64,000 bases of DNA from NCBI GenBank assembly GCA_963665235.2, contig CAXXLX010000002.1, positions 160,001 to 224,000 on the forward strand. Direction: 5' to 3'. Below are positions 9,435-19,882 of this stretch, one piece after another; the stretch's first letter is position 1; each line of letters starts with the position of its first letter. The notes below the pieces were generated by a model. It was not told the DNA's origin, searched no databases, and saw only the letters and a program-made list of their open reading frames with translations. Source of the stretch: Candidatus Poribacteria bacterium. Its GTDB lineage: Bacteria; Poribacteria; WGA-4E; WGA-3G. The translations under genes and the position numbers were made by a program.

Positions 9435-11180
9435 ATGCCTAAACACGCGTACATACTGAAAATCTTAGTCACGCTTGTGCTCCCTCTCATAATAATCGCC
9501 ACAACCGTTGCCCAAAAACCGAATTTTCCGGAACGAACACCCCTCGTTGAACGTCCCTTCTCAGACGACCCCGACAAATTCACCTTCGCCATTATCGGTG
9601 ATAAAACAGGCGGCGGCTTAGATAAATGGCCAATCTTCGACCGTGCAATAGATGAAATCAACATATTGAAACCTGACTTCGCTATCATGGTGGGCGACTT
9701 AATACAGGGGGACACAACAGACCCACAACAACTCGCCGCAGAATGGAAAGAATTTTGGGAACATCAATCCGAGCTAAGCGTGCCATTTTTAGCGTTGCCC
9801 GGTAATCATGACATCACGAATCCGGTTATGTACGCCTATTGGAAGGATAACATCGGCCGCACCTATTCAGCATTTACCTACAAAAATTGCCTCTTTTTAC
9901 TGCTCAATACAGAGGAATGGCATGCAACCCCCGATGAATGGACAAACTGGTTTGGAGACACACAGATTAAATACGTCAAATCGCAATTGGCACAGCATTC
10001 GGAGGTGCGGCATACCTTTGTCTTTCTGCACAGACCCCTCTGGCTTCAAAAGCACTCCGGGTGGGAAGAAATTGAAGCAGCACTCGGTAAGCGGCCCTAC
10101 ACTGTCTTCGCTGGACATTACCATAACCTCACACTTCACACACGCAACGACCGGCGATACTTCGTACTCGGAGCCACTGGCGGCGGATTTACACCCCAAG
10201 TAGTCCGAGAGACCGGGGCTTTCGACCATTACAGCCTCGTAACCGTTGACAGCACAGATGTTAACGTTGCTATTATAGAACCGGGTAACATTTTCCCCGC
10301 GGACCTATCAACTGCAACGTTCAAACGCAAGGTCTCAAAACTCCTTACCTTTAAGCCCTACTTCAAACGGGCCCAATCGCAGCCGATTGCCAGCGGAACC
10401 CTTGAAATAACCCTCGAAAATACACTTGAAAAACCGCTAAAGATGGAAGTTGTTTTCAAACCGAACGAGAATTGGCAGCTCACTCCGAACCAGCTCTCTT
10501 TTCAAACCAAACCGGGGCAAACCACAAAAACAACCGTCACCCTCTCCGCACCCTCAGAGACCTACCTCCCTTTTCCTGTCTACAGTTATTCCGTGCTATA
10601 TGGGGGCGAGCAATTGTTAAGCGGCACAAAGCTGTTTCACCCTATTCCCACCGAGGACATGCGTGTTCTTAAAGACTGGAGGCTTCTCGGTCCCTTTTCC
10701 CTCGGTCTGACCAGTCCGCCTCCTAGCCTAAAGGAGGTCCCGAAAAATTTTCTTGCAGTCCCGTTACCGAACCCCGATGTTGATAAAATAACCTCTCACG
10801 GAGAAGCAGGAGAAACACGCCTTTGGCGAGAATACCGGTCTGAAACGGAGCGCATTAATTTACGGGAAGTATTCGGAAACGCTGAGTTGGCTTACGGTTT
10901 CGGCATGACCCATATCAAGAGCCCCGATGCCCGACGCGTATTCGCTCAAATCGAATGGGGCAGCAATTTAGGGAGAATCTATCTGAACGGCATTGAAATC
11001 CCTGGTGCTGCTATTCCCGGTAAACATCTATTCTCTTGGTGGGCGCACTTTGAATTAACCTTAAAAGCGGGGTGGAACACCTTAATCGTCTTGTCCGGCG
11101 ATTACAATGGATGGTGGGATTATCGAATGGAGGTTGCGGACCCCCAAAATGTTCTTCAGTTTAGCCCAAACCTCCCCTAA
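9435..11180 (+). CDS. Secreted calcineurin-like metallophosphoesterase
   Basis: IGD, VGDL, PGNHD, H.P, AGHYH motifs. Confidence 0.85.
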   Translation: MPKHAYILKILVTLVLPLIIIATTVAQKPNFPERTPLVERPFSDDPDKFTFAIIGDKTGGGLDKWPIFDRAIDEINILKPDFAIMVGDLIQGDTTDPQQLAAEWKEFWEHQSELSVPFLALPGNHDITNPVMYAYWKDNIGRTYSAFTYKNCLFLLLNTEEWHATPDEWTNWFGDTQIKYVKSQLAQHSEVRHTFVFLHRPLWLQKHSGWEEIEAALGKRPYTVFAGHYHNLTLHTRNDRRYFVLGATGGGFTPQVVRETGAFDHYSLVTVDSTDVNVAIIEPGNIFPADLSTATFKRKVSKLLTFKPYFKRAQSQPIASGTLEITLENTLEKPLKMEVVFKPNENWQLTPNQLSFQTKPGQTTKTTVTLSAPSETYLPFPVYSYSVLYGGEQLLSGTKLFHPIPTEDMRVLKDWRLLGPFSLGLTSPPPSLKEVPKNFLAVPLPNPDVDKITSHGEAGETRLWREYRSETERINLREVFGNAELAYGFGMTHIKSPDARRVFAQIEWGSNLGRIYLNGIEIPGAAIPGKHLFSWWAHFELTLKAGWNTLIVLSGDYNGWWDYRMEVADPQNVLQFSPNLP

Positions 11181-11229
11181 ATTTGACAGAATAGACGTTA
11201 TCCGTTATACTTAAAAAAAGGAGAAAAAA

Positions 11230-11910
11230 ATGAGTTACGAAACGATAGAATCTAAGTTCATCGCAACACCGGAAAAGGGAGAAGTCTCCTCACTACTTAT
11301 GCGTCCGGACAATGCAAAATGGGTGTTAGTACTTGGACATGGTGCGGGTACAAACATGCGCCATTCAACACTTCAGACCATTGCCGAGAGGCTATCAGAT
11401 ATCGGCATTGCAACCTTCCGCTATCAGTTTCCGTACATGGAACGCGGTGGGGGTGGTAGAGAATCCGAGGCGGTTGCACTCCAAACGGTCCGTTCTGCAG
11501 TCGCTGCTGCCCATGAAGCAGCGAGCGATTTATCAATACTCGTCGGGGGGCACTCTTATAGTGGACGTATGTCTTCAATGTCCGCAGCCAAATCCCCAAT
11601 TGAACATGTGCATGGACTCGTTTTCTTCGCATTTCCGCTGCATCCCTCTGGCAGAGAAGGCACGGAACGCGCAGAGCATCTCAGTGATGTCACCGTGCCC
11701 ATGCTATTCCTCTCCGGCACACGTGATAAGTTAGCAAATCTTGCCCTATTAGAACCGGTCTGCGAAAAACTTGGCGACAAGGCAACCCTACACCTATTAG
11801 ATACAGCCGACCACGGGTTCAAAACCCTAAAACGTTCCCGTAAATCCGATGAGGACGTTTTCGTCGAGATGGCGAGAGTACTTCATAAATGGGCAGAAAA
11901 TCTATTATAA
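11230..11910 (+). CDS. Alpha/beta hydrolase
   Basis: HGAG, GGHSYSG nucleophile elbow, GTRD, ADHGF. Confidence 0.85.
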   Translation: MSYETIESKFIATPEKGEVSSLLMRPDNAKWVLVLGHGAGTNMRHSTLQTIAERLSDIGIATFRYQFPYMERGGGGRESEAVALQTVRSAVAAAHEAASDLSILVGGHSYSGRMSSMSAAKSPIEHVHGLVFFAFPLHPSGREGTERAEHLSDVTVPMLFLSGTRDKLANLALLEPVCEKLGDKATLHLLDTADHGFKTLKRSRKSDEDVFVEMARVLHKWAENLL

Positions 11911-11928
11911 CCTAAAGGAGATAAAACA

Positions 11929-12546
11929 ATGTTTCATAGATTCACCACACTCCTTGCCCTTGTCGGTTTTTCTATTATTACGGCAGGGTGCAGTATTTTA
12001 GTGACAAAACAGGAATGGAGCGAAAACTACGCACTCCTTGAAGGCGCACATTCCACCAGTCCCCAAATGATTGATGGCCAGCTCGAAACTATCGGTCAAA
12101 CAAGTTTTCCGAGAGGCGCGCAACGCGGCACCATCGCAACACCACCCTCCGAGGTTATTATCACCTTACCTGAAGAAAAGACCATTCGCAAAATCGTAAT
12201 CCATGCCGATAATGTCAAAAAGCTTGAAATCTTCGCAGATAAAGGCATCGGCACCATTGACGCGGATTGGAAATTGATTAAAGAGATAAGAAATGTCACA
12301 ACCAACCCCATCGAGATCCCCGTTTCTATCCTATTCTCTACGGCTAAACTGCGGGTCAGAGTATTAGAAACAACTGAAGATAGCGAATTGACGCGAAAAA
12401 GGCATGCCGCCGATGTCAATAAGCTCGTGCGAGCACAGAGAGGGGGAGCCAAATCAGGGGCAAGCCTGCAAACGCTCCGCCGCCGAGCCGCCGGTAAAAT
12501 CCGAGAAATTGAAATTTACGGCTACAAATCTGCCAATACACCTTAA
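11929..12546 (+). CDS. Hypothetical lipoprotein, possibly discoidin-like
   Basis: Lipobox ITAGC, IREIEIYG end. Confidence 0.55.
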   Translation: MFHRFTTLLALVGFSIITAGCSILVTKQEWSENYALLEGAHSTSPQMIDGQLETIGQTSFPRGAQRGTIATPPSEVIITLPEEKTIRKIVIHADNVKKLEIFADKGIGTIDADWKLIKEIRNVTTNPIEIPVSILFSTAKLRVRVLETTEDSELTRKRHAADVNKLVRAQRGGAKSGASLQTLRRRAAGKIREIEIYGYKSANTP

Positions 12547-12566
12547 AAACCACTTCAGGACACATC

Positions 12567-14453
12567 ATGAAAAACAGATTTTTGACGCTAACGCTTTTGT
12601 TTGCGCTCCTAACGGTTGCACCAAACACCTTCGCTGCAGACTACACACAATTGAGCTTACCAGAAGGCGCGAAAGCCCGATTGGGTAAAGGTATTATAAC
12701 TGATATACAGTTTTCACCAGATGGAACACGCTTAGCCGTTGGTAGTAGTATCGGAATTTGGATCTATGATGTCCAGACGGGGGAGGTGCTCAACCTATTT
12801 ACGAGATATACAGCGGGGGTCAGTAGTCTGTCGTTTAGCCCGGATGGTAACACCCTCGCCAGTGGGGGTGTGGATGGAACCATTCGTCTATGGGACACTA
12901 CAACAGGAAAAATTATCAGAACGATGCTAGGACATACGGCTCCGGTCCGTAGCTTATCGTTTAGTCCGGATGGTAACACCCTCGCCAGTGGGAGTTCGGA
13001 CAAGACTATCCGATTGTGGAATACCAACACAGGACACCTTATCAGAACACTCACAGGACATACTTCGTATGTCCATAGCGTATCGTTTAGTCCGGATGGT
13101 AACACCCTCGCCAGTGGGAGTGTGGACGAGACTATTCGGTTATGGAATACCAACACAGGACAACTTATCAGAACACTCACAGGAGATATGGGTTGGGTCA
13201 ATAGCGTGTCGTTTAGTCCGGATGGTAACACCCTCGCCAGTGGGAGTTCGGACAAGACTAAAATTCGGCTATGGGACACTACGACAGGAAAACTTATCAG
13301 AACACTCACGGGACATGAATGGTCGGTCTATAGCGTGTCATTTAGTCCGGATGGTAACACCCTCGCTAGTGGGAGTTTGGGCAAGACTATTCGGCTATGG
13401 AACACAAACACCGGACACCTTATCAGAGTGCTTACAGGACATACTTCGCATGTCAATCGCGTGTCGTTTAGTCCGGATGGTAACACCCTCGCCAGTGGAA
13501 GTGCGGACGAGACTATCCGATTGTGGAATACCGGCACGGGACACCTTATCAGAACGATGGAAGGACATACGGATGCAGTCGAAACCGTATCGTTTAGTCC
13601 AGATGGGCACGTCCTCGCCAGTGGAGGCAGGGACAGGTCTATCCACGAGGAAAAGACTATCCATCTATGGGACACAAACACTGGACACCTTATCAGAGCG
13701 ATGGTAGAACATACGGGGTCGGTCCGTAGCGTGTCTTTTAGTCCGGATGGTAACACCCTCGCCAGCGGGAGCAAGGACTATACTATTCGTCTGTGGAACA
13801 CTACAACAGGACACCTTATTACAACACTCATAGGACATACACATTGGGTCAAAAACGTGTCTTTTAGTCCAGATGGGAATATCCTCGCCAGTGGTAGTTG
13901 GGACAAGACCATTCGTCTGTGGGACACTACAACAGGAAAACTTATCACAACACTCACAGGACAGGATTCCGCAGGATATACTTCGTTTGTCCGTGGCGTG
14001 TCGTTTAGTCCGGATGGAAATACCCTCGCCAGTGGGATGGCCAGGATTATTCATCTATGGGACACTACAACAGGAAAACTTATCACAACACTCACAGGAC
14101 ATACAAATTTTGTCATTAGTGTGTCGTTTAGTCCGGATGGGAATACCCTCGCCAGTGGCAGTAGGGACAATACTATTCGTCTATGGAACACAAGTACGAG
14201 ACAACTTATTAGAGTGCTTACGGGACATACACGGTGGGTCAATAGTGTGTCGTTTAGTCCGGATGGGAATACCCTCGTTAGTGGGGGTTTGGACAATACT
14301 GTTCGTCTATGGGATATTAGGACAGGAAAACTTATCAGAACATTCACGGGACATACCGATTCGGTCGAAACCGTGTCGTTTAGTCCGGAGGGTCGCACGT
14401 TTGCCAGCGGGAGTGGGGATGGCACTATTCTCCTATGGGAACTTGAACCTTAG
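12567..14453 (+). CDS. Secreted WD40-repeat protein
   Basis: About 13 near-identical GH...VSFSPDG.TLASGS.D.TIRLW repeats; signal peptide. Confidence 0.95.
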   Translation: MKNRFLTLTLLFALLTVAPNTFAADYTQLSLPEGAKARLGKGIITDIQFSPDGTRLAVGSSIGIWIYDVQTGEVLNLFTRYTAGVSSLSFSPDGNTLASGGVDGTIRLWDTTTGKIIRTMLGHTAPVRSLSFSPDGNTLASGSSDKTIRLWNTNTGHLIRTLTGHTSYVHSVSFSPDGNTLASGSVDETIRLWNTNTGQLIRTLTGDMGWVNSVSFSPDGNTLASGSSDKTKIRLWDTTTGKLIRTLTGHEWSVYSVSFSPDGNTLASGSLGKTIRLWNTNTGHLIRVLTGHTSHVNRVSFSPDGNTLASGSADETIRLWNTGTGHLIRTMEGHTDAVETVSFSPDGHVLASGGRDRSIHEEKTIHLWDTNTGHLIRAMVEHTGSVRSVSFSPDGNTLASGSKDYTIRLWNTTTGHLITTLIGHTHWVKNVSFSPDGNILASGSWDKTIRLWDTTTGKLITTLTGQDSAGYTSFVRGVSFSPDGNTLASGMARIIHLWDTTTGKLITTLTGHTNFVISVSFSPDGNTLASGSRDNTIRLWNTSTRQLIRVLTGHTRWVNSVSFSPDGNTLVSGGLDNTVRLWDIRTGKLIRTFTGHTDSVETVSFSPEGRTFASGSGDGTILLWELEP

Positions 14454-14548
14454 TCGCGCGGCATATTGGGACAGCAAGAAGCAGGTAGGAGAATTAGTCA
14501 CAGTGGTGACTATCGGTTATAGAAGATTTCCCGCTTGGAGAGAGCACA

Positions 14549-15019
14549 ATGAAATACTTCGCCTACGGGTCTAACCTCAATATTAGACACATGCAATACA
14601 GGTGCCCCGACGCGATGCCTATCGGCACATTCGCGCTGCAGGATTACCGACTTGTTTTTCGGTACTACGCCGATATTATTCCTGCCCCCGGCCAATCTGT
14701 AACAGGCGGACTTTGGGAAATCTCCGCAGAAGACGAGAAATCCCTCGACCGATACGAAGGCTATCCCACCTTCTACGGAAAATATTACCAAGACGACATC
14801 ATGTTTTACCGCATGCGCGACACAGCAATGCCCTTAGAATTGCCGGGAGCTGAATATCTGAAAACCGTACTTGAAGGCATGAACGATTTTGGGCTTTCCC
14901 TTGAGGTATTCACGAACAATTTAGGAAATCCGCAGCCAATCGTAAATCCTGCTAAACAGGAGACACCTCTTAAGCAAGCGATGCGTCTCATTGAAACCGC
15001 GCAGGCCTCTAAAGAATAG
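14549..15019 (+). CDS. Gamma-glutamylcyclotransferase (AIG2-like)
   Basis: YFAYGSNL and LDRYEG motifs. Confidence 0.85.
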   Translation: MKYFAYGSNLNIRHMQYRCPDAMPIGTFALQDYRLVFRYYADIIPAPGQSVTGGLWEISAEDEKSLDRYEGYPTFYGKYYQDDIMFYRMRDTAMPLELPGAEYLKTVLEGMNDFGLSLEVFTNNLGNPQPIVNPAKQETPLKQAMRLIETAQASKE

Positions 15020-15971
15020 TCAATTCATCCTCTTCGCCGCTCTCCTGTAGCACCGTCTCCAATTCCGTGGCGACTACACCGAAGGCACTCGCTTGCGGCG
15101 ATTCTGGATGTCCAGCAACGATTGGCACGCCAATGTCGCCAGCCGTGCAAACTTCAGCGTCAAGTGGAATTGCTCCGAGAAAGGCTACACCGAACCGCTC
15201 ACTCATATTCTTCCCGCCATCCGCCCTAAAAATCTCTGTCTTTTCGCTGCAGTGCGGACAGACGAAGTAGCTCATATTCTCAATAATGCCCAGAATAGGC
15301 ACACCGAGACGTTCGAACATAGCAACACCGCGTCGCACGTCCGCCAATGCCACATCCTGTGGAGTCGTGACAATAATCGCCCCGGTCAGCGGAATCGCCT
15401 GTGTTAGCGAGAGAGCCACATCGCCAGTACCCGGGGGCAGGTCAATAATAAGATAATCTAGTGCCCCCCATTCAACATCGGTAAGAAATTGACGGATAGC
15501 ACTGTGTAGCATCGGACCGCGCCAAATCATCGCCTGTTCTTCAGGCACCATAAACCCGATGGACATAAGTTTGATATCGTGCCGCATGAGCGGAACCAGT
15601 TTCCGTGCTGGGCTCGTCTGTGGTTTATCCTGAATGCCCATCATCGTCGGGATACTCGGTCCATAAGCATCCGCGTCCATTAAGCCGACTGCAGCACCTG
15701 CCTGCGCCAGCGAGATTGCTAGGTTCGTCGCAACGGTGGATTTGCCAACGCCACCCTTACCGCTTGCCACAGCGATTTTGTACTGCACGTCCGGCAACGT
15801 GATATTCTGTTGCTGCGGTGTCTGCTGCTGTTGCGGTGCGGGTTGCTGTTGCGGCGATTTCTGTCCAGAGAGCTCCGCCCCACTGATAACCTTGAGCTCA
15901 GGGTGTGGTTTCCCTGCCGTATCCGATTTCGGCTGTTGCTTATCCTCTTCACCTTTTTTAAAAAACTTCAT
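15009..15971 (-). CDS. apbC: Mrp/ApbC Fe-S cluster carrier ATPase
   Basis: SGKGGVGKST, WRGPM, DLPPGTGD, ENMS.F.CP.C. Confidence 0.93.
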   Translation of the reverse strand: MKFFKKGEEDKQQPKSDTAGKPHPELKVISGAELSGQKSPQQQPAPQQQQTPQQQNITLPDVQYKIAVASGKGGVGKSTVATNLAISLAQAGAAVGLMDADAYGPSIPTMMGIQDKPQTSPARKLVPLMRHDIKLMSIGFMVPEEQAMIWRGPMLHSAIRQFLTDVEWGALDYLIIDLPPGTGDVALSLTQAIPLTGAIIVTTPQDVALADVRRGVAMFERLGVPILGIIENMSYFVCPHCSEKTEIFRADGGKNMSERFGVAFLGAIPLDAEVCTAGDIGVPIVAGHPESPQASAFGVVATELETVLQESGEEDELTIL

Positions 15972-16190
15972 GGATATATCTTCTCCTTGTGTCTATATTG
16001 CTAACAATTGGCAGTTTCCAGCGACCATACGAAAGAAGTTGATTTCATATTAATAATAATGCCATAAAACGCGTCAATTTGCCAATCTTTTTTTTGGCAA
16101 TAGCCAACAGCCAAAAAATATTGTTACCATTTTTTCGCAAAATCCTATATAATACTTGAAAAATTGCACCCTAAGCAAGGAGATATTTTT

Positions 16191-16856
16191 ATGAACATTC
16201 TCATGTTACGTCATTCTGCAGGATTCGAGCACACCTATCTTCCAAACGCCGAAGTTACGCTGAAAGAAATCGGTGCAGCAAACGGGTGGAAAGTTGCAAC
16301 AACCCATCGCTGCGACCGGATTAACGCCGATAACCTCGCCAAACAAGATATCGTCGTCTTCGCAACAACCGGCAATTTACCCTTTGACGATGCCCAGAAA
16401 GAGGCGTTGCTCAGTTTCGTCCGTGAGGGCAAAGCGTTCTTCGGCATCCATAACGCCACCGATACATTCTACGACTGGCCGGAATACGGTGAGATGCTCG
16501 GAGGCTATTTTGCGGGACATCCATGGCACCAAGAGGTTAACGTAATCGTCGAAGATACGGACCACCCGGCAACACGAATGCTCGGCACAAGTTTCAAAGT
16601 TGTCGATGAAATCTACACCTTCAAAAATTGGGCACGGGAGAACACACATGTGCTAATGCGCTTGGATAACGATTCTATTGATGTCTCCCGGGGCAACCGT
16701 GATGACAACGACTACGCACTCGGATGGTGTCACACGTACGGCAAGGGGCGCGTAATGTACACCGCCTTCGGTCACCCGGATGCCCTTTGGAGTCAACCTT
16801 GGTTCCACGAACACATCGCTGGATGTCTCAAGTGGGCAGGTGGGTTAGAAGATTAA
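16191..16856 (+). CDS. ThuA-domain protein
   Basis: GIHNATD, GGYFAGHP, DEIY, GRVMYTAFGH. Confidence 0.85.
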   Translation: MNILMLRHSAGFEHTYLPNAEVTLKEIGAANGWKVATTHRCDRINADNLAKQDIVVFATTGNLPFDDAQKEALLSFVREGKAFFGIHNATDTFYDWPEYGEMLGGYFAGHPWHQEVNVIVEDTDHPATRMLGTSFKVVDEIYTFKNWARENTHVLMRLDNDSIDVSRGNRDDNDYALGWCHTYGKGRVMYTAFGHPDALWSQPWFHEHIAGCLKWAGGLED

Positions 16857-16944
16857 CCTCACTAACGGCGGGTCTCCGTGCCCGCCCAATTTTTCTTCTT
16901 GTCCCAAACCTCAAAGCGCGCCACACCCTAAGATGAGTGTCCCA

Positions 16945-17940
16945 CTAAATAACCCCTGTTGCCCGTAAAAGCGTCTCCTGCACCAACAACTCATGTGATA
17001 CAGGCCGGTCAGGAGGTTGTGTGCCAGCAATAGTCGCCAAAAATGCGTCCAATTCCAACTCATATAACCGTTGGCGACTTTCACCTGCTGTCTCCACAGC
17101 CTGTTCACCTTGTGAATAACCATCTTTCGCCTTGTCCAAACAGAGCCGAATCGTCCGCCCCGGTTCAAAAGGCTCAACGATAATAGCACTCCCCTCGGTG
17201 CCGTAGACCTCAAACCGTCTTGCCACCGGACGCGTCTCCAAAGCAGAAATAGAGATAAACGCCATCGCCTTCTCAAATTCATAGACCGTTAGTGTGTTAT
17301 CTTTGAAAGGGTCCGCCGAACCGCCATCGTTGCGTAGGAAACCGGTGACCTTCTCCGGTCGGCCTAATATCCAAAGCACCTGATCGAGAACGTGTCCGCC
17401 TAAATCGAAGAAGATGCCACCGACGTGCTGACTTATCCGCGTGCGCGCCTCATGAGAAACATTTGTTGACATGTGTGCCCGCACCGAAAAGACATCCCCT
17501 AAAAACCCGTTGCGTCCCCAATCGGTAACCTGTTTAAACGCCGAATGATAGCGCAGCATATACCCCATCTGCACCAGTAGCGATTTCTCTTGTGCCGTCT
17601 CTATAACGCGTTGCCACTGCGGCCAGTTTTCACCAGCCGGTTTATCATACCAGACATGTTTGCCAGCACTAACGATTTCCTCTGTCTGTGCAAGACTTTC
17701 GGCATTGTTCCCCTCTGAAGCGACTGCTACAATCGTCTCATCTTCTAACATTTCCGCAGCAGTTGCGTACCAGTGAACATCCGTAAAAGCCGTCTTACCT
17801 GCTTGAAGTTGTGCCCGCCGTTCAGTATCCGGTTCAAAAACGCCTGCCACCTCTACGTCGGGATTTGTGAACATCGCCTGTAGTTTACCGCGTGCGTGTC
17901 CGTGTTTAGTTCCGTATTGTGCCATCCGTATTTTTGCCAT
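16945..17940 (-). CDS. Gfo/Idh/MocA oxidoreductase
   Basis: GKHVWYDKP and GG.FFDLGGH.LD motifs. Confidence 0.85.
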   Translation of the reverse strand: MAKIRMAQYGTKHGHARGKLQAMFTNPDVEVAGVFEPDTERRAQLQAGKTAFTDVHWYATAAEMLEDETIVAVASEGNNAESLAQTEEIVSAGKHVWYDKPAGENWPQWQRVIETAQEKSLLVQMGYMLRYHSAFKQVTDWGRNGFLGDVFSVRAHMSTNVSHEARTRISQHVGGIFFDLGGHVLDQVLWILGRPEKVTGFLRNDGGSADPFKDNTLTVYEFEKAMAFISISALETRPVARRFEVYGTEGSAIIVEPFEPGRTIRLCLDKAKDGYSQGEQAVETAGESRQRLYELELDAFLATIAGTQPPDRPVSHELLVQETLLRATGVI

Positions 17941-18131
17941 ATTTCTCCTCCACAATGTGAAAATTGTTGTGTATACCTTCATTATACGGACCGTTGGCGA
18001 AATGTCAAGCGTTGTCGCTCATGTAAAAAGTAAGTGCGGTTGCTTGTAATAAAGTCAATGGCCACGCGGGCTAAATTTTTTATTAGCACTCATTCTTTAC
18101 ATGAGCCAACCGCTTTGTCAAGTTTTCTTAA

Positions 18132-18275
18132 GAAAAACCAGAGGCATTTATCGGACTTGGGCAGCACAAACAGGTTGACATGCTAGAACTCCACTGGCCG
18201 AGTGGACATACCGAACAGTTTTTCGATGTAAAAGCAAACCAAATTCTGCACATTAAAGAGGGGCACGGCGTAATA
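18132..18275 (+). pseudogene. Orphan ASPIC/UnbV C-terminal fragment
   Basis: FIGLG...VD.LEL.WPSG..E....V.ANQIL.I.EG with no N-terminal part. Confidence 0.6.
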
Positions 18276-18601
18276 AAGTGGGGTCGTTCAGTATTCGGGC
18301 AAGCAGCCCGCTCCTCTAAGGGCAATTCATCGTCCATCGTTCGTAGGGGCGAGGGGACCTCGCCCATCGTTTCGTAAACGTTAATGGGGCGTTTTCTTAA
18401 TCGTACCCCACGTAGTTGTCAGTTTTCCAGCAACATCCACCGGTGCTGTCCCCAATCTGGACTGCTCAAGTTCATCCGCGTTCAAAGGCCGATTCCACAC
18501 CTTCACTTCATCAATTAAGCCCTTGTAAAACCGGCTCAGATGTTCGCCAATCCAAATTGACTGTCCGCTGTTGATGTCTTGTGTTTTATCATCAACTTCA
18601 T

Positions 18602-19862
18602 CAAAATCTTCGGTGTGGAAACCCCGTTGCTTTAGCACGGGGAGGAAACACCGCTCCTATAGTTGAAGTTTAAGCGTGTTAGCACGCTAAAATCAGACCG
18701 CTTCGCCCCTGTTGTTAATCGGTTTCCATCTAAACTATAGATAGAAAACAATCCTTTTGCGTTGACCCCCGCCAAGCGTGTTAATCCGTGCTTTTCGTGT
18801 TTGATAAGTGTGTTCTTGACAAGTCCATTGCCTAACACAGTGCCCCCATAGCGTGGGCGTTTCCCCCCTTTTTGAGGGTTTTGTCGGTGCAGTCCACGCC
18901 TGCATACAGGTATAGGGGCTATGCAGAAAATATCAATGTTGTCAGGCGTGCTATCGCCACCGAGCGTGTGATATGCAAGACACCAACTATCTACACAATG
19001 TGCGTCAAAAGTTTCGGATAGTTTCTTTGATGCCTTTTTAAGACCTAACCTATCGCGTATCTCTTTTGTTTCCCACCCTTGAAGTGTTAGCAACTGCCAC
19101 CGCTTTTGAATCTCGGTATAGAACCATTGCTTGCCAACCTCAAGCGGACTAAAGGTTTGATTCCATTTTCTTTGATATTGCTTAGTTCTTGCCTTAATGT
19201 CTTCAACTGTCACGTGTGTAATCGGATAAAGTTTAGAAAACCACTCCAATATACGAAGTTTCCAATCCCAACGTGCACGCGTGCCTGCGGGGATAAGTTC
19301 CGTGTTGGCGCGGTGATTTGTCCTATTCTTTCTATTTGGACATTTTCGGCTGCGCCTTCCCCGCCGTAGTTCACGTCTTTTTTCTACTTTCTTGCCAACC
19401 TTGTTATGTGCATCCGCTTGCACATTCAGATAGGTGTGAGACGCAGACTTCACCGTGAAACCTTCTCTTTTAGAACCAGGATCCACGCCAACTACTATGT
19501 CTTGAAGTTCTCTGGCTGAGGGGGCTACGTTTAACCTAACGCAGAATATACCGTTAGACCAAAAGGGGGTTGCTTTCCCTGCTTGTATCCAACGCCTTGC
19601 CCGTGAGGGTTTAGTAGGCATCAGAGGTTGTTGGTTTTTATCTACCACGGGAACTAACATGCGTAAACCTCCGAAGAGTGTATATTGCCCCATCCAGATC
19701 ACAACACAGAGTGGAATCAGACTTGGGGAGCATCCGAAACATCTTTTGACGTACCAATAGTCTGTGCTGCGATATATTACTGTAGTCAACGGTTTAACTT
19801 GTGAAGAGGTGCTTGGTAGGCACATTGCACAAGCCCCCAGGCTTTAGCGGGGGGTTATTGAC
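18602..19862 (-). mobile_element. Non-autonomous IS200/IS605-type isrB (OMEGA) element
   Basis: Subterminal hairpins at both ends, no TSD, cleavage sites TCAT| and TGAC| match guide tetramers GAAA and CAAG. Confidence 0.88.
18632..19660 (-). CDS. isrB: IsrB RNA-guided nickase (342 aa)
   Basis: PLMP, RARR, GVDPG, Arg-rich bridge helix, VEDI, DAHCVD; no HNH; GGAGG RBS. Confidence 0.88.
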   Translation of the reverse strand: MLVPVVDKNQQPLMPTKPSRARRWIQAGKATPFWSNGIFCVRLNVAPSARELQDIVVGVDPGSKREGFTVKSASHTYLNVQADAHNKVGKKVEKRRELRRGRRSRKCPNRKNRTNHRANTELIPAGTRARWDWKLRILEWFSKLYPITHVTVEDIKARTKQYQRKWNQTFSPLEVGKQWFYTEIQKRWQLLTLQGWETKEIRDRLGLKKASKKLSETFDAHCVDSWCLAYHTLGGDSTPDNIDIFCIAPIPVCRRGLHRQNPQKGGKRPRYGGTVLGNGLVKNTLIKHEKHGLTRLAGVNAKGLFSIYSLDGNRLTTGAKRSDFSVLTRLNFNYRSGVSSPC

Positions 19863-19882
19863 TAATCAACTTACCATCTACG
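19661..19882 (-). ncRNA. Predicted omegaRNA of isrB (scaffold 19862-19661, 5' guide from flank)
   Basis: GTCAATAACCCC...GGGGCTTG...GTTGAC HEARO-like start, about 200 nt upstream of isrB. Confidence 0.75.

Noticed and set aside
12739-14574. Long alternative-frame and antisense ORFs over the WD40 gene
   Set aside because: Shadows of a repetitive CDS; only the 14452-14510 scar is informative
18632-19825. 397-aa ORF as IscB/Cas9-like
   Set aside because: No HNH; the first 55 codons are omegaRNA, and the RBS supports a start at 19660
18602-19862. Self-splicing IStron restoring LamG
   Set aside because: No room or motifs for a group I intron core
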